Positions 28,780 through 39,285 of a stretch of 64,000 nucleotides of DNA are shown in pieces; position 1 is the stretch's first letter, and every line of letters starts with the position of its first letter. The DNA lies in NCBI GenBank assembly GCA_022790755.1, contig JAAVXR010000017.1, positions 7,984-71,983 on the forward strand, written 5' to 3'. The stretch comes from Hespellia sp. (lineage in GTDB: Bacteria > Bacillota > Clostridia > Lachnospirales > Lachnospiraceae). The notes beneath the pieces were generated by a model. The model saw nothing but the letters and a program-made list of their open reading frames with translations. It ran no database searches and was not told the DNA's origin. The position numbers and the translations under genes were made by a program.

Positions 28780-29180
28780 ATTTTAGTTCCCAGCGACATA
28801 AAAGTAAAAATGGCATTGGCGAGCAACACTTGATTCTGGTCTTTGACGGTAATTTCATAGACCAGAATTTTTTTGCCGTGTTTTATTTCTTTTGCTTCTC
28901 CGTAGAGATGGGTAGTATTTAATCCGGCCCTCAGATAATGGATATGACTGTCCACCGTGGTGACATTATAACCGTAGGAGGATGCTGCGGCGCCACAGGT
29001 GACATCGGCGATTGTGAACAGGCAACCGCCATGGACAGAACCGATGGGGTTATAATGTTTCACTGTGATCGGCATCTCAGATCGGGCGTAGCCTTCTTTG
29101 ATTTCCGTGACACGAAGACCAATATAGTTGGCGAAAGCGTTGTGTTTGTTTCGATACAGCAAAATTTTTTCGTAATTCAT
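28722..29180 (-). CDS. PaaI family thioesterase
   Basis: NPIGSVHGGCLFTIADV hot-dog fold motif. Confidence 0.9.
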   Translation of the reverse strand: MNYEKILLYRNKHNAFANYIGLRVTEIKEGYARSEMPITVKHYNPIGSVHGGCLFTIADVTCGAAASSYGYNVTTVDSHIHYLRAGLNTTHLYGEAKEIKHGKKILVYEITVKDQNQVLLANAIFTFMSLGTKIQLEEDDSSPVISDSCSSS

Positions 29181-29199
29181 CGAGCAGTCTCCTTTATTT

Positions 29200-31020
29200 T
29201 TAAAAATGAAACTTCTTTATCATCTCTTCTTTGAATTCTCTGCTTTTGCGCCAGATCAGATCCAGTAAGAACAGAAAACAAAATCCCACACAGAGAATCG
29301 TCGGAAGAAAGATATGCACTATTTTTGACAAGGCCAGAGCGGTCGGAAGCAGGGCGCCATAGACGGAAGCCATGATCAGGTAGATGAGATATTCCCGCGG
29401 AGGATGTTTCCTCACTCGGATAATCGCAAGCATTGTCACGAGAATCACAATAGAGGTAATTGGCAGGACAAAATCTACAGACCATCTATGCCAGCCGGTT
29501 TCTACATCCCATACAATACAGCCAAGTGTGATGATCAGTAGTTGCCACATAGCATTTTTCAGAAGGTTATGCCTTTTTAAGAATCCGATCATGAATGTCA
29601 GCCACATACTGGCGACTCCTCCTGTAATCCATATGGAGACTTGCAGAAGGCTATCCGAGAGATAATCCATTCCCAAGGAAATCAGTGCCGTAATCATGCA
29701 GAAATACGTGAATCCCTTTAAAACATTTCTTTCTGGAAATCTTTCTTCTACATTTTCCGGATAATCCGGCTCAAGTAACTCTGAAATCACATGTTGTTTT
29801 TTCAAAATGTTCATAAAGTTTTGTTTTATTTTTGTGCTGTCATAGCGGGAAGTGAAACCAAAATAGATCAGATCTTGAAAGGAGCACATACACAATTCCA
29901 TTTTTGGCGTACTGGTGTAAACTCCAAATCTTTGAATATAAGGTGCATATTCCTCTGCTACTTCAACGGCGCCCATATTTGAGAAAATTGCAGTGGTGTC
30001 CCAAGAAGAGGTCTTTGCTCCTGCATTGATACAGATGTTTTTTAGTTCCAATGGTGCGAATCGAAGAATAGGATTTACCTCCAAAGCCATGTATTCATTC
30101 ATGCGCTGAGCCATTTTTTCTTTCGTCAGTTTCGATAAAAAGTCTTTCTTGACATGTTCTAATACATCGTCAAAAGAGTCGTTTCCTTCTCCAAATTTAT
30201 AGCCCGGTTCAATAAAATTGAAAAAATTCAGCATGGATTCGGAAGGGAAAAATTTTCTGAGATTGACGGGAACCATCATAACCACTGGTTTCATTTCCTG
30301 AAAATGGGACATTTCTTCATGAATCGCGCAAAGAAACACCGTTGTCACAAAAACAGTCATCGAAACTCCAAGTTCCCGACATCTGCGCTGAAGCGCTTCC
30401 AGTGGAACTTCAAGTTCTGTGATTTGAAGATTTCCCAGTTCTTTATTCGGTCTGCGGATCTGATAAGCTTTTGTTTTCTTTCGCTTTTGTCGCTTAAAAT
30501 CCTTTGTATAATACTGTGCAAAACTATCTCTTTCGTGTTCGACGGAGTGTCCCTTTTCCTTTGTATGGGAATCATGGGACAATGTGTCCTTCGGATGAAC
30601 AAGCGATAAATATATCTGAACCAATTCTCTCACGAATTCTGCCGCGCCAGTACCGTCTGTCAATGCATGATAAACCTCGAAATTGATTCGATTATGATGA
30701 TAGGTCACTTCGAACAACAAATCTTTCTTATCACGGACATATAGATTACTGCAGGGCTCTTTGTATTCCGGGCATACCACAGGGCGCAGGTCACTTTTCT
30801 CCAGATAATGCCAGAACAGGCCTTTGCGCATCACCGACAAGAACATAGGATACTTTAACAACAGCTTGTCCAATGCTTGTTGGAGCTTTTCTTCCTGAAT
30901 TTCTTCCTTCAGTTCACAGTAAAATCGGAATACCCGGGTGTCTTTGCGGTTACTCATCGCTGGAAATAGTTTGGCCGCATTATCCAGTTTTCGCCAGTAT
31001 GATCGACTTGCGTGGGTCAT
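29200..31020 (-). CDS. Alcohol acyltransferase / condensation-like domain fused to a multi-TM C-terminal domain (DUF6320-like)
   Basis: WRKLDNAAK, YHALTDG (HxxxDG), VPVNLR, SNMG; about six hydrophobic helices at the C-terminus. Confidence 0.75.
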   Translation of the reverse strand: MTHASRSYWRKLDNAAKLFPAMSNRKDTRVFRFYCELKEEIQEEKLQQALDKLLLKYPMFLSVMRKGLFWHYLEKSDLRPVVCPEYKEPCSNLYVRDKKDLLFEVTYHHNRINFEVYHALTDGTGAAEFVRELVQIYLSLVHPKDTLSHDSHTKEKGHSVEHERDSFAQYYTKDFKRQKRKKTKAYQIRRPNKELGNLQITELEVPLEALQRRCRELGVSMTVFVTTVFLCAIHEEMSHFQEMKPVVMMVPVNLRKFFPSESMLNFFNFIEPGYKFGEGNDSFDDVLEHVKKDFLSKLTKEKMAQRMNEYMALEVNPILRFAPLELKNICINAGAKTSSWDTTAIFSNMGAVEVAEEYAPYIQRFGVYTSTPKMELCMCSFQDLIYFGFTSRYDSTKIKQNFMNILKKQHVISELLEPDYPENVEERFPERNVLKGFTYFCMITALISLGMDYLSDSLLQVSIWITGGVASMWLTFMIGFLKRHNLLKNAMWQLLIITLGCIVWDVETGWHRWSVDFVLPITSIVILVTMLAIIRVRKHPPREYLIYLIMASVYGALLPTALALSKIVHIFLPTILCVGFCFLFLLDLIWRKSREFKEEMIKKFHF

Positions 31021-31961
31021 TTCGTTACCTCCCTCAAGAAGCGATTGATGTAGGAAAAGCTCTCCTGCACATGAGGATTCTTGATTCCCAATGCGAAATA
31101 CCCGTGAAGTGCATCTTTGATGCGATGGATTTCCACAAAATTTCCGGCCTCCTGGAGCCGTTTTCCATAAGCTTCCCCTTCATCTCTGAGCGGATCTAGT
31201 TCTGCGGTCAAGATTAATGTTCGGGGCTGATGATGCAGATCGTCGGCAAGAATCGGAGCAAAATATGGATTCTTTTTGTCTTCTTCTTTGCTCGCATATA
31301 AATTAATGTAATCTATTAATTTTCCTGTGGTCAGCAGATATTCTTTGCCATTTTCATGGACGGAAGGAAAGGGAGAAGTTTCCGAATAGTCGCTGTTTGT
31401 TGCCGGATAGATCAGTATCTGGTGCGGGGGCATAAAATCTCCTCGGTCTCTTGCCATCAATGATAATGCTGCCGCCAGGTTACCTCCTGCGCTGTCGCCG
31501 ATCAAAGTGATCTTTTTCGGATCTGTATTGAGAATAAACTGGTTCGTGAAAATTGCTTTTGCGACGGCATAACAGTCCTCGAGGCCGATGGGGAAGGGAT
31601 GTTCCGGGGCTAAACGATAATCCACGGAGACTACAATATGATTGGTTGCGTTTGCCATTCTCGCGCAGACGCGTTCGTAGTTATCCACACTTTCTGTCAC
31701 CCAGCCACCGCCGTGAATAAATAGCAATACGCGATGATCACCGGGGACTGCTGCCTGGAATGCTTTTTCATCCGGAAAAAAAATCCGAGTTGGCACTTCA
31801 TAGTTATCGTTATCATTAAATATTTTATAGTCTATTTTTCGATAGAAAATCCGCATCGGGTCCAGGCGTTTTAAATCGGCCAGATGCCTGGATGCCTCCA
31901 CTTCAATTCCGTCAAAAGACAGTGCTTTTAAAATTCTTCTTGCCGCTTTATTGATTGGCAT
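31017..31961 (-). CDS. HSL-family alpha/beta hydrolase (esterase/lipase)
   Basis: HGGG, DYRLAPEH, GDSAGG, DPLRDEG, HGYF; start moved to 31961 after AAGGAG. Confidence 0.9.
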   Translation of the reverse strand: MPINKAARRILKALSFDGIEVEASRHLADLKRLDPMRIFYRKIDYKIFNDNDNYEVPTRIFFPDEKAFQAAVPGDHRVLLFIHGGGWVTESVDNYERVCARMANATNHIVVSVDYRLAPEHPFPIGLEDCYAVAKAIFTNQFILNTDPKKITLIGDSAGGNLAAALSLMARDRGDFMPPHQILIYPATNSDYSETSPFPSVHENGKEYLLTTGKLIDYINLYASKEEDKKNPYFAPILADDLHHQPRTLILTAELDPLRDEGEAYGKRLQEAGNFVEIHRIKDALHGYFALGIKNPHVQESFSYINRFLREVTK

Positions 31962-32156
31962 AATAAATCTCCTTGCAATATCAGATGAATTAAATAATTT
32001 TATTTTATCACAGAAATACAAAGTAGGACAGTCCCCCAATTATAATTTCTGCTCTTTTGATAGGCTCTTTTCTAGTTATCTTGCATATTTACTGAATATA
32101 TGATACATTTCTAATGGGGAGAAGCGCGCTAATGTGCGGAGACCAGGAGGGATAAT

Positions 32157-33290
32157 GTGTTTGGAAAAAGATGTACATTATGTGGCGGAAAATTAAATGG
32201 AAATGTCTGTACAGAATGTGGGTTGGATAACAGCAAAAGTGATGCGATGTATCGTGGGTTACAAAATAGCAGTAGCTGTGATAAGGAAGCTCTGACACAT
32301 GTTCATGATGAGGAAAAGCCGTTACCCGAAGCCCCCGAAGCGATGCAAGGGGAAGCGAGGATGCCGGATGGATTGGGGACGACGGGATACAGTTATAGAA
32401 CTTCACAATCTTCGGAGGGCACCGTGGATGTTCGCCCATACCGGCAAAGTAAGAGAGGGAAAACACGGAACGTGCAAAAGATGCCGGCTCGAAATGTTGT
32501 AGCAGTGATTGCGACAGTGATTGGTATTCTGGGAGCGATTGCTGGTTTGGTCCCATTTGTCGTGCAGGAGGTGTCCTCATTCTTTTCGTCGGATGTGGAG
32601 AGTGCGGATCAGGACGGCAGGTATGATTACGTGAATTATGAATTGGAGGATACTGGGGAAAGCTGGAATGAGAAACTGAGTGTTGGAGAATATAAGGTGG
32701 GTGTGCACATACCGGAAGGAACGTATACGGTGACGATTTCGGAAGGCTCCGGTGTTTTGCAGGTGAATGACATAGCCAATGGGATTTATCTTTGGCAACA
32801 GTTTGCCGTAGATACGGAAGAGATCGAAGAGTCTGTAGTAGAAATGCAGGATGTTCGGCTTTATGAAGGTGCGATTGTAGAAGTTGGAGATAGGCCTTTG
32901 GAATTTACCACAGAAAATGCACAGTCAGAACTGTCCTATATCGAAAATCCCTTGACAGAGGAAGTAATGCTACCGCCCGATCAAAGTATGATAGCGGGTG
33001 TGGATTTCCCGGAGGGTGTATATGATGTGCTGGGACTCGGAGAGTGGGGATATCTTGAGATCGAAGTTCCACTGGAGCGAGGGGAAGATTATCCCCCGTA
33101 TTCGATCGGTACAGTGTGGATGGACACTCTGGATACTGGGGAGACTGATTTTGAAAATTTGGTACTCCCTGCAGGAGTCAAGGTGACGGCGCTTGGGTTC
33201 GATGAGAATGAAGGTGTGTTGTTGATTCCAAGTGAAATGATTGGTTCTACGGATTATGAGGCATACTATTTGGAACAGAATGGATGGTAG
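32157..33290 (+). CDS. Hypothetical single-pass membrane protein with N-terminal zinc ribbon
   Basis: CTLC...CTEC; one TM helix; acidic extracellular part with two VG.(D/H)(I/F)PEG.Y.V repeats; RBS AGGAGG. Confidence 0.7.
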   Translation: MFGKRCTLCGGKLNGNVCTECGLDNSKSDAMYRGLQNSSSCDKEALTHVHDEEKPLPEAPEAMQGEARMPDGLGTTGYSYRTSQSSEGTVDVRPYRQSKRGKTRNVQKMPARNVVAVIATVIGILGAIAGLVPFVVQEVSSFFSSDVESADQDGRYDYVNYELEDTGESWNEKLSVGEYKVGVHIPEGTYTVTISEGSGVLQVNDIANGIYLWQQFAVDTEEIEESVVEMQDVRLYEGAIVEVGDRPLEFTTENAQSELSYIENPLTEEVMLPPDQSMIAGVDFPEGVYDVLGLGEWGYLEIEVPLERGEDYPPYSIGTVWMDTLDTGETDFENLVLPAGVKVTALGFDENEGVLLIPSEMIGSTDYEAYYLEQNGW

Positions 33291-33306
33291 AGAAAGGATA
33301 ATTAAT

Positions 33307-33600
33307 ATGGGAAACATAATTTCGGATGAGACGATTGAATATGTCGGAATTCTGGCGAAACTGGAGTTATCCGGCGAAGAAAAAGAAGCGGCGAAGAACG
33401 ATATGGAGAAAATGCTGGATTATATCGACACGTTGAACGAACTGGATACGACTGGAATTGAGCCAATGTCCCACGTATTGCCGGTGCACAATGTATTCCG
33501 GGAAGACGTTGTGACAAACGGCAATGAGAGAGAGGCGACTCTTGCAAATGCGCCGGCGCGCACAGAAGATAGTTTTGAGGTTCCGAAGACGATTGGATAG
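33307..33600 (+). CDS. gatC: Asp/Glu-tRNA amidotransferase subunit C
   Basis: [33 protein letters not shown]. Confidence 0.95.
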   Translation: MGNIISDETIEYVGILAKLELSGEEKEAAKNDMEKMLDYIDTLNELDTTGIEPMSHVLPVHNVFREDVVTNGNEREATLANAPARTEDSFEVPKTIG

Positions 33601-33616
33601 AGAGGTGGAAGGCAAA

Positions 33617-35104
33617 ATGGAGATATTGAGTCTGACAGCCGTGGAGCTGGGGAAGAAAATACAACAAAAAGAGATTTCCGTGATGGAAGCGGCGGATGCG
33701 GTTCTGGATAGGATAGAAGCAGTGGAGCCAGTCATCAACAGTTATGTTACGGTGGAGCGCGATGAAGTGCGTAAAAATGCGGAGGAAGTGCAGAAGCAGA
33801 TTTTGTCAGGAGAGTTATCCGGACCTCTTGCCGGGGTTCCGGTTGCGATCAAAGACAATATGTGTATTCAGGATCATCTGACTACCTGTAGTTCCAAGAT
33901 TTTATATAACTTTAAACCGACGTTTACATCGGAGGCTGTATTGAATCTGGAGAAAGCCGGGGCCGTGGTGATTGGAAAAACAAACATGGATGAATTTGCC
34001 ATGGGGAGCACGACGGAAACGTCGTATTTTGGTCCAACGAAGAATCCACATCATGTTGGACATGTTCCAGGTGGATCTTCCGGTGGTTCCTGTGCGGCGG
34101 TGGCGGCGCAGGAGTGCTTTTATGCGTTGGGGTCGGATACCGGCGGTTCGATTCGTCAGCCGAGCTCGTTTTGTGGTGTAGTGGGACTGAAACCGACTTA
34201 TGGCACGGTTTCCAGATATGGATTGGTCGCCTACGGTTCTTCTCTGGATCAAATCGGGCCGATCACGAAAGATGTGACGGACTGTGCGGTGATACTGGAG
34301 GCAATTGCTTCTCACGATTCAAAGGACAGTACTTCGGTAAAAAGGGAGGACTATACATTTACCGGCGCATTGAAAAATGATGTAAAAGGACTTCGCATTG
34401 GGATTCCGAGAGATTATTTTCAGGAAGGTTTGGACCAGGAAGTAAAGAGTACGATTCTGGGTGCGGCAAAGATATTGGAGGAGCAAGGTGCCATTCTGGA
34501 AGAATTTGATCTGAGTTTGGTGCAGTACGCGATACCGGCATATTATGTGATTGCTTCCGCAGAAGCCAGCTCGAACCTGGAGCGGTTTGACGGTGTGAAG
34601 TACGGCTATCGGACGGAATCGTACGAGGGCCTTCATAACATGTATAAGAAGACCAGGTCCGAAGGATTTGGAGCAGAAGTAAAGCGAAGAATTATGTTGG
34701 GTTCTTTCGTGCTAAGTTCTGGTTATTACGATGCATATTATCTGAAAGCGTTGCGTACAAAGGCTCTGATCAAGCAGGCTTTCGATCAAGCATTTGAGAG
34801 ATACGACGTCATTCTGGGGCCAGCGGCACCGACGACCGCGCCGGAATTGGGAAAGAGTCTGAGTGATCCGATGAAAATGTATCTGGGAGATATCTATACG
34901 ATTTCGGTCAATCTTGCCGGTTTGCCTGGAATGTCTGTTCCGGTCGGAAAGGACAGCAGAGGGCTTCCAATCGGGATGCAGTTGATTGGCAATAGTTTCC
35001 AGGAAAAGACGTTGATTCGCACTGCTTATACGTATGAGTGCGCGACAGAAAAGAAATATGAAGTCCCTGCAAAGTTGGCGGTGGAAAACGGAAAGGAGGC
35101 GTAG
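33617..35104 (+). CDS. gatA: Asp/Glu-tRNA amidotransferase subunit A
   Basis: IKDN, GKTNMDEFAMGS, GGSSGGS, SDTGGSIRQP. Confidence 0.97.
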   Translation: MEILSLTAVELGKKIQQKEISVMEAADAVLDRIEAVEPVINSYVTVERDEVRKNAEEVQKQILSGELSGPLAGVPVAIKDNMCIQDHLTTCSSKILYNFKPTFTSEAVLNLEKAGAVVIGKTNMDEFAMGSTTETSYFGPTKNPHHVGHVPGGSSGGSCAAVAAQECFYALGSDTGGSIRQPSSFCGVVGLKPTYGTVSRYGLVAYGSSLDQIGPITKDVTDCAVILEAIASHDSKDSTSVKREDYTFTGALKNDVKGLRIGIPRDYFQEGLDQEVKSTILGAAKILEEQGAILEEFDLSLVQYAIPAYYVIASAEASSNLERFDGVKYGYRTESYEGLHNMYKKTRSEGFGAEVKRRIMLGSFVLSSGYYDAYYLKALRTKALIKQAFDQAFERYDVILGPAAPTTAPELGKSLSDPMKMYLGDIYTISVNLAGLPGMSVPVGKDSRGLPIGMQLIGNSFQEKTLIRTAYTYECATEKKYEVPAKLAVENGKEA

Positions 35105-35108
35105 GGAG

Positions 35109-36548
35109 ATGGCGAAACAATATGAGACTGTGATCGGTCTGGAAGTGCATGTAGAGTTAGCGACGAAGACAAAAATCTTTTGCGGATGCAGTACCGAGTT
35201 CGGCGGGGCGCCAAATACCCATACGTGTCCGGTCTGTACCGGTATGCCGGGCTCTCTGCCGGTTCTGAATAAGCAGGTGGTGGAATATGCTATGGCGATT
35301 GGTCTTGCGGCGAATTGTAAGATTACGCAGACCTGTAAATTCGACCGAAAGAATTATTTTTATCCGGATAATCCGCAAAACTATCAGATTTCACAGTTGT
35401 ATCTGCCGATTGCGCGGGACGGGTATGTGGAAATAGAAGTGGACGGTACGAAAAAGAAAATCGGAATCCATGAGATGCATATGGAGGAAGATGCGGGAAA
35501 ACTCGTGCATGATGAATGGGAAGATATTTCTTATGTCGATTTTAACCGGAGCGGCGTACCGCTGGTGGAGATTGTATCGGAACCGGATATGCGTTCTGCA
35601 GAGGAGGTGATTGCTTATCTGGAGAAGCTGCGGCTCATGATACAGTATCTTGGGGCGTCCGACTGCAAACTTCAGGAAGGGTCGATGCGCGCGGATGTGA
35701 ATCTCTCGGTTCGGGAGATGGGGCAGACCGAATTTGGGACCCGTACGGAGATGAAGAACCTGAATTCTTTCAAGGCGATTGCCCGGGCGATCGAGGGAGA
35801 GCGCGAACGACAGATCGATCTTCTGGAAGCGGGAGAACCGGTGATTCAGGAAACGCGGCGTTGGGATGATACGAAAGAAAGGTCTTATGCGATGCGCTCC
35901 AAAGAAGACGCACAGGACTATCGGTATTTCCCGGAGCCGGATCTTGTGCCGATTGTGATCAGTGATGAGTGGATCGCGCAGATCCGTGACAAACAGCCAG
36001 AATTTCGGACGGAAAAGTTGGAGCGATATAAGACAGAATTTGAAATCCCACAATATGACGCGGAAATCATCACCAATTCCAAAAAGATGGCAGATATTTT
36101 TGAGGCAACCACAGCCATCTGTCAGAAGCCGAAAAAAGTGTCTAATTGGCTGATGGTAGAGACGATGCGGCTTTTGAAAGAACAGGGAATGGAGCCGGAA
36201 GAGTTGTCCTTCTCGCCGGAGAATCTTGCCAGTCTGATTGAGTTGGCAGACGAGGGGACCATCAATAATTCGGTGGCAAAAGAGGTATTTGAGAAAATCT
36301 TCCTGAAAGATATTGACCCGAAACGTTATGTGGAGGAGCATGGATTGAAGTCGGTGAGCGATCAGGGCGCGTTGCAGGAGGTTCTACAGAAAGTGGTCGC
36401 AGAAAATCCGCAGGCGGTGTCTGATTATCAGGGGGGAAAAGAGAAAGCCCTGGGAGCGCTTGTGGGTCAGACTATGAAAGCCATGAAAGGAAAGGCAAAT
36501 CCCGGAGTGGTGAATAAAATGTTAAGGGAGATGTTGGGAGCAAAGTAA
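35109..36548 (+). CDS. gatB: Asp/Glu-tRNA amidotransferase subunit B
   Basis: IGLEVHVEL, FDRKNYFYPD, MEEDAGK, DYRYFPEPDL. Confidence 0.97.
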   Translation: MAKQYETVIGLEVHVELATKTKIFCGCSTEFGGAPNTHTCPVCTGMPGSLPVLNKQVVEYAMAIGLAANCKITQTCKFDRKNYFYPDNPQNYQISQLYLPIARDGYVEIEVDGTKKKIGIHEMHMEEDAGKLVHDEWEDISYVDFNRSGVPLVEIVSEPDMRSAEEVIAYLEKLRLMIQYLGASDCKLQEGSMRADVNLSVREMGQTEFGTRTEMKNLNSFKAIARAIEGERERQIDLLEAGEPVIQETRRWDDTKERSYAMRSKEDAQDYRYFPEPDLVPIVISDEWIAQIRDKQPEFRTEKLERYKTEFEIPQYDAEIITNSKKMADIFEATTAICQKPKKVSNWLMVETMRLLKEQGMEPEELSFSPENLASLIELADEGTINNSVAKEVFEKIFLKDIDPKRYVEEHGLKSVSDQGALQEVLQKVVAENPQAVSDYQGGKEKALGALVGQTMKAMKGKANPGVVNKMLREMLGAK

Positions 36549-36591
36549 TAGAAAATTAGAAGCAACGATTTATTTTATGAGGTGTAGCAGT

Positions 36592-39285
36592 ATGAAATCT
36601 TTTAAAACAATAATTAGTATTGTGTTGGCAGCAGCGCTTCTTTTGAGTGAGGCGGTACTCCCGGTCTATGCCGGAGAGACGGATTCCGATAATACTACAT
36701 CTATGTCAATAGAAGAGCCGAGAGAAGAGATGATGGTTTCGGAGACCGAAGTTTCGCAGGTGGAAGATGCGGAAGAAAGTGAGATAGAAAATCCGGTTTC
36801 GGAAGTGGAAGAGACAGAGAACGAAGAAACGGTGAATGAAGTCCCGGATAATGTTGAGCCAGAAGTTCTTTCGGAAGAGAATGTTTTGGACAGCATAGTT
36901 TACGATGTTGATTCTGGGGAGGTAACGCAGGCAGTAGAGCCATTGAGTTATACTGTGGAGTTTCCGACAGATCCAAAATGTGGAGAGGAGTTAACGTTTA
37001 CCGTACATGGCAAAGGCGGTAGTGGAAAGTATAAGTATAGATTTAAGTCAATTGACATGTATGATGGCTCTGAAAATTATCCTATCATTGATTTTAGTAG
37101 AACAGAACAGTTTCCTCTTCAAGATGAGAATGAATTGAAAGTTACGTTCTGCGCTTCAGGAACTTATTACATTAAGGTTCAAGTAAGTGACGCAAATACC
37201 AATAATTATGTTCAGACAATAGGTACCGGCTATAAGTTTGTGATTAACGACCCTCAGTATCCGTCTGTAGACCAAATTGTTAATAGTCTTGCCAATCAAT
37301 GTGAGCAAAAGTGTTCGACAGACTTCGAGAAGGCTGTATGGATGCATGATTGGCTTATTGACCATGCGGAATATGATCACTCTCTTCTGTATTGTTCGGC
37401 GGAAGGTGTACTTGCCAGAGGCACGGGAACCTGTGAGTCGTATCATCGGGCATATGTGATGCTTTTGAATCGGGTTGGGATTCAGACGGGACGAATTACT
37501 GGAAATGGTCATGTCTGGACGGCAGTTAAAATGGACGGAAAATGGTATCAGGTTGATACGACCTGGGATGATACAGGATGGGCGCCGAAAGGATCATATT
37601 ATGAACATGCATATTTTGGTCTCACTGACGAATTGATGGGAATGGTGCATTCGGATCACAAAGGGGCTGTGCCGGGATACGAGTCAAATTCACTGGAAAA
37701 TAATTACTTTATCAAAACAGGAAAGATATCTCAGTGGTCTGATCCGTTTGTGAATTCGGTGAAGCAGAATTTATCGGCAGGTAAAACAGAATTTACACTT
37801 CCGGTGACAGACAGTATGCCTCCAGACTACAAAAATGTTATTTATAATCTTGTGGCGTATCAACTATCGACACAGGACTGGAGTGGAAAGAAAATATCAG
37901 CGTCCTACAAAGATGATATCATAACAGTAAAGACAGATGCTCCTGTGAAAAACGAATTGTTATCTCTGCGCATCACACCTCCGACAAAGAGAACCTATCA
38001 GAAAGGGGATAAAGTAGATACCACCGGTTTGGCAGTGACGGCAGTTTATACAAATGGAACAAAAACATTGAACAGGAATGAGTATCAACTCAGTGGATTT
38101 GACACCAATACAATTGGGAATCGGACGGCTACCGTGACTTATGGTGGAAAAAAGGTAACGTTTACTTATACCGTGCAGAAAAAACCTGAGACTGGTGGCA
38201 GTACTGGAGGAAATACTGGTGGTAGCACCGGAGGAAATACTGGTGGAGGAACTGGGGGCAATACCGGAGGAAGTACGGGTGGTAACACTGGTGGCACTAC
38301 ACAGCCTGAGAAGCCGAAACCTGTCAATATCTTTTATCGCACTCATGTTCAATCTTTTGGTTGGCAGGAGTTTACAGGAAACGGTGCCATGAGTGGCACC
38401 AGTGGAAAGGCGAAACGTCTGGAAGGAATCGAGATCAAATTGGAAACGGCAGCGGATCTCGGTATTCAATACACGACGCACTGTCAGACCTATGGATGGC
38501 TCCCATGGTCTTCTAACGGCGGAATGAATGGAACCACCGGCGAGGCAAAACGTCTGGAAGCAATTAAGATCCAGTTGACAGGGAGAGATAAGGATAAATA
38601 TGATGTATACTATCGGGTGCATGCACAGACCTATGGTTGGTTGAACTGGGCAAAGAATGGAGCGGCTTCAGGAACAGCGGGTTATGGAAAACGTCTGGAG
38701 GGAATTCAGATTATCGTAGTTCAAAAAGGCGCGAATTTTGACCGGAATATGCAAGGAATCGTCTCCGGCGTAAATCAGTGCTTTATTGCGGCGGACGGAA
38801 AGGAACCGACTGTCGGCGGTGCGGGAACACCGAACACGATGTATCGCACTCACGTGCAGAGTTACGGTTGGCAAGGCTGGAAGTATAATGGACAGATGAG
38901 TGGAACCAGCGGTCAGGCAAAGCGACTGGAGGGAATTGAACTTCAGGTGACAAATCTTCCTTATAGCGGGGGAATCGAGTACCGCACGCATATACAGTCG
39001 ATTGGTTGGCAGGGCTGGAAAGCAAACGGTGTGATGAGTGGAACCAGTGGTGAGGCGAAACGTCTGGAGGCAATCGAGATAAAGCTGACTGGCATGATGG
39101 CGCAAAAGTATGACGTATACTATCGAGTGCATGCACAGAGAATTGGTTGGATGGGCTGGGCAAAGAATGGAGAAGCGTCCGGAACGGCCGGATATGCGTA
39201 TCGTCTGGAAGGAATCGAAATCAGATTGGTTCCAAAAGGCTCTCCAGCGCCTGGAAGTACCGATCATGCGTTTCAGAGCAGATAG
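36592..39285 (+). CDS. Secreted protein: transglutaminase-like domain, Ig-like domain, Gly-rich linker, six ChW repeats
   Basis: Signal peptide; GTCESY / GHVW / VDTTWDD (Cys-His-Asp); PTKRTYQKGD..DTTGL Ig-like; six YxxHxQxxGW...RLE(G/A)I units. Confidence 0.85.
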   Translation: MKSFKTIISIVLAAALLLSEAVLPVYAGETDSDNTTSMSIEEPREEMMVSETEVSQVEDAEESEIENPVSEVEETENEETVNEVPDNVEPEVLSEENVLDSIVYDVDSGEVTQAVEPLSYTVEFPTDPKCGEELTFTVHGKGGSGKYKYRFKSIDMYDGSENYPIIDFSRTEQFPLQDENELKVTFCASGTYYIKVQVSDANTNNYVQTIGTGYKFVINDPQYPSVDQIVNSLANQCEQKCSTDFEKAVWMHDWLIDHAEYDHSLLYCSAEGVLARGTGTCESYHRAYVMLLNRVGIQTGRITGNGHVWTAVKMDGKWYQVDTTWDDTGWAPKGSYYEHAYFGLTDELMGMVHSDHKGAVPGYESNSLENNYFIKTGKISQWSDPFVNSVKQNLSAGKTEFTLPVTDSMPPDYKNVIYNLVAYQLSTQDWSGKKISASYKDDIITVKTDAPVKNELLSLRITPPTKRTYQKGDKVDTTGLAVTAVYTNGTKTLNRNEYQLSGFDTNTIGNRTATVTYGGKKVTFTYTVQKKPETGGSTGGNTGGSTGGNTGGGTGGNTGGSTGGNTGGTTQPEKPKPVNIFYRTHVQSFGWQEFTGNGAMSGTSGKAKRLEGIEIKLETAADLGIQYTTHCQTYGWLPWSSNGGMNGTTGEAKRLEAIKIQLTGRDKDKYDVYYRVHAQTYGWLNWAKNGAASGTAGYGKRLEGIQIIVVQKGANFDRNMQGIVSGVNQCFIAADGKEPTVGGAGTPNTMYRTHVQSYGWQGWKYNGQMSGTSGQAKRLEGIELQVTNLPYSGGIEYRTHIQSIGWQGWKANGVMSGTSGEAKRLEAIEIKLTGMMAQKYDVYYRVHAQRIGWMGWAKNGEASGTAGYAYRLEGIEIRLVPKGSPAPGSTDHAFQSR
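38191..38295 (+). repeat. Degenerate 12-nt coding repeat, TGG(S/N/G) linker
   Basis: Encodes TGGSTGGNTGGSTGGNTGGGTGGNTGGSTGGNTGG. Confidence 0.85.

Noticed and set aside
33291-33306. T-box leader before gatCAB
   Set aside because: The intergenic gap is only 16 nt and no T-box motif is visible.
35391-36341. Long antisense ORFs (also 44799-45674 and 58336-59421)
   Set aside because: They lie opposite well-conserved genes, have no recognisable motifs, and are typical codon-bias shadows.
38191-39240. Repeats that might be a CRISPR array or contingency locus
   Set aside because: They are degenerate in-frame coding repeats (Gly linker, ChW) with synonymous variation; no spacers or cas genes.
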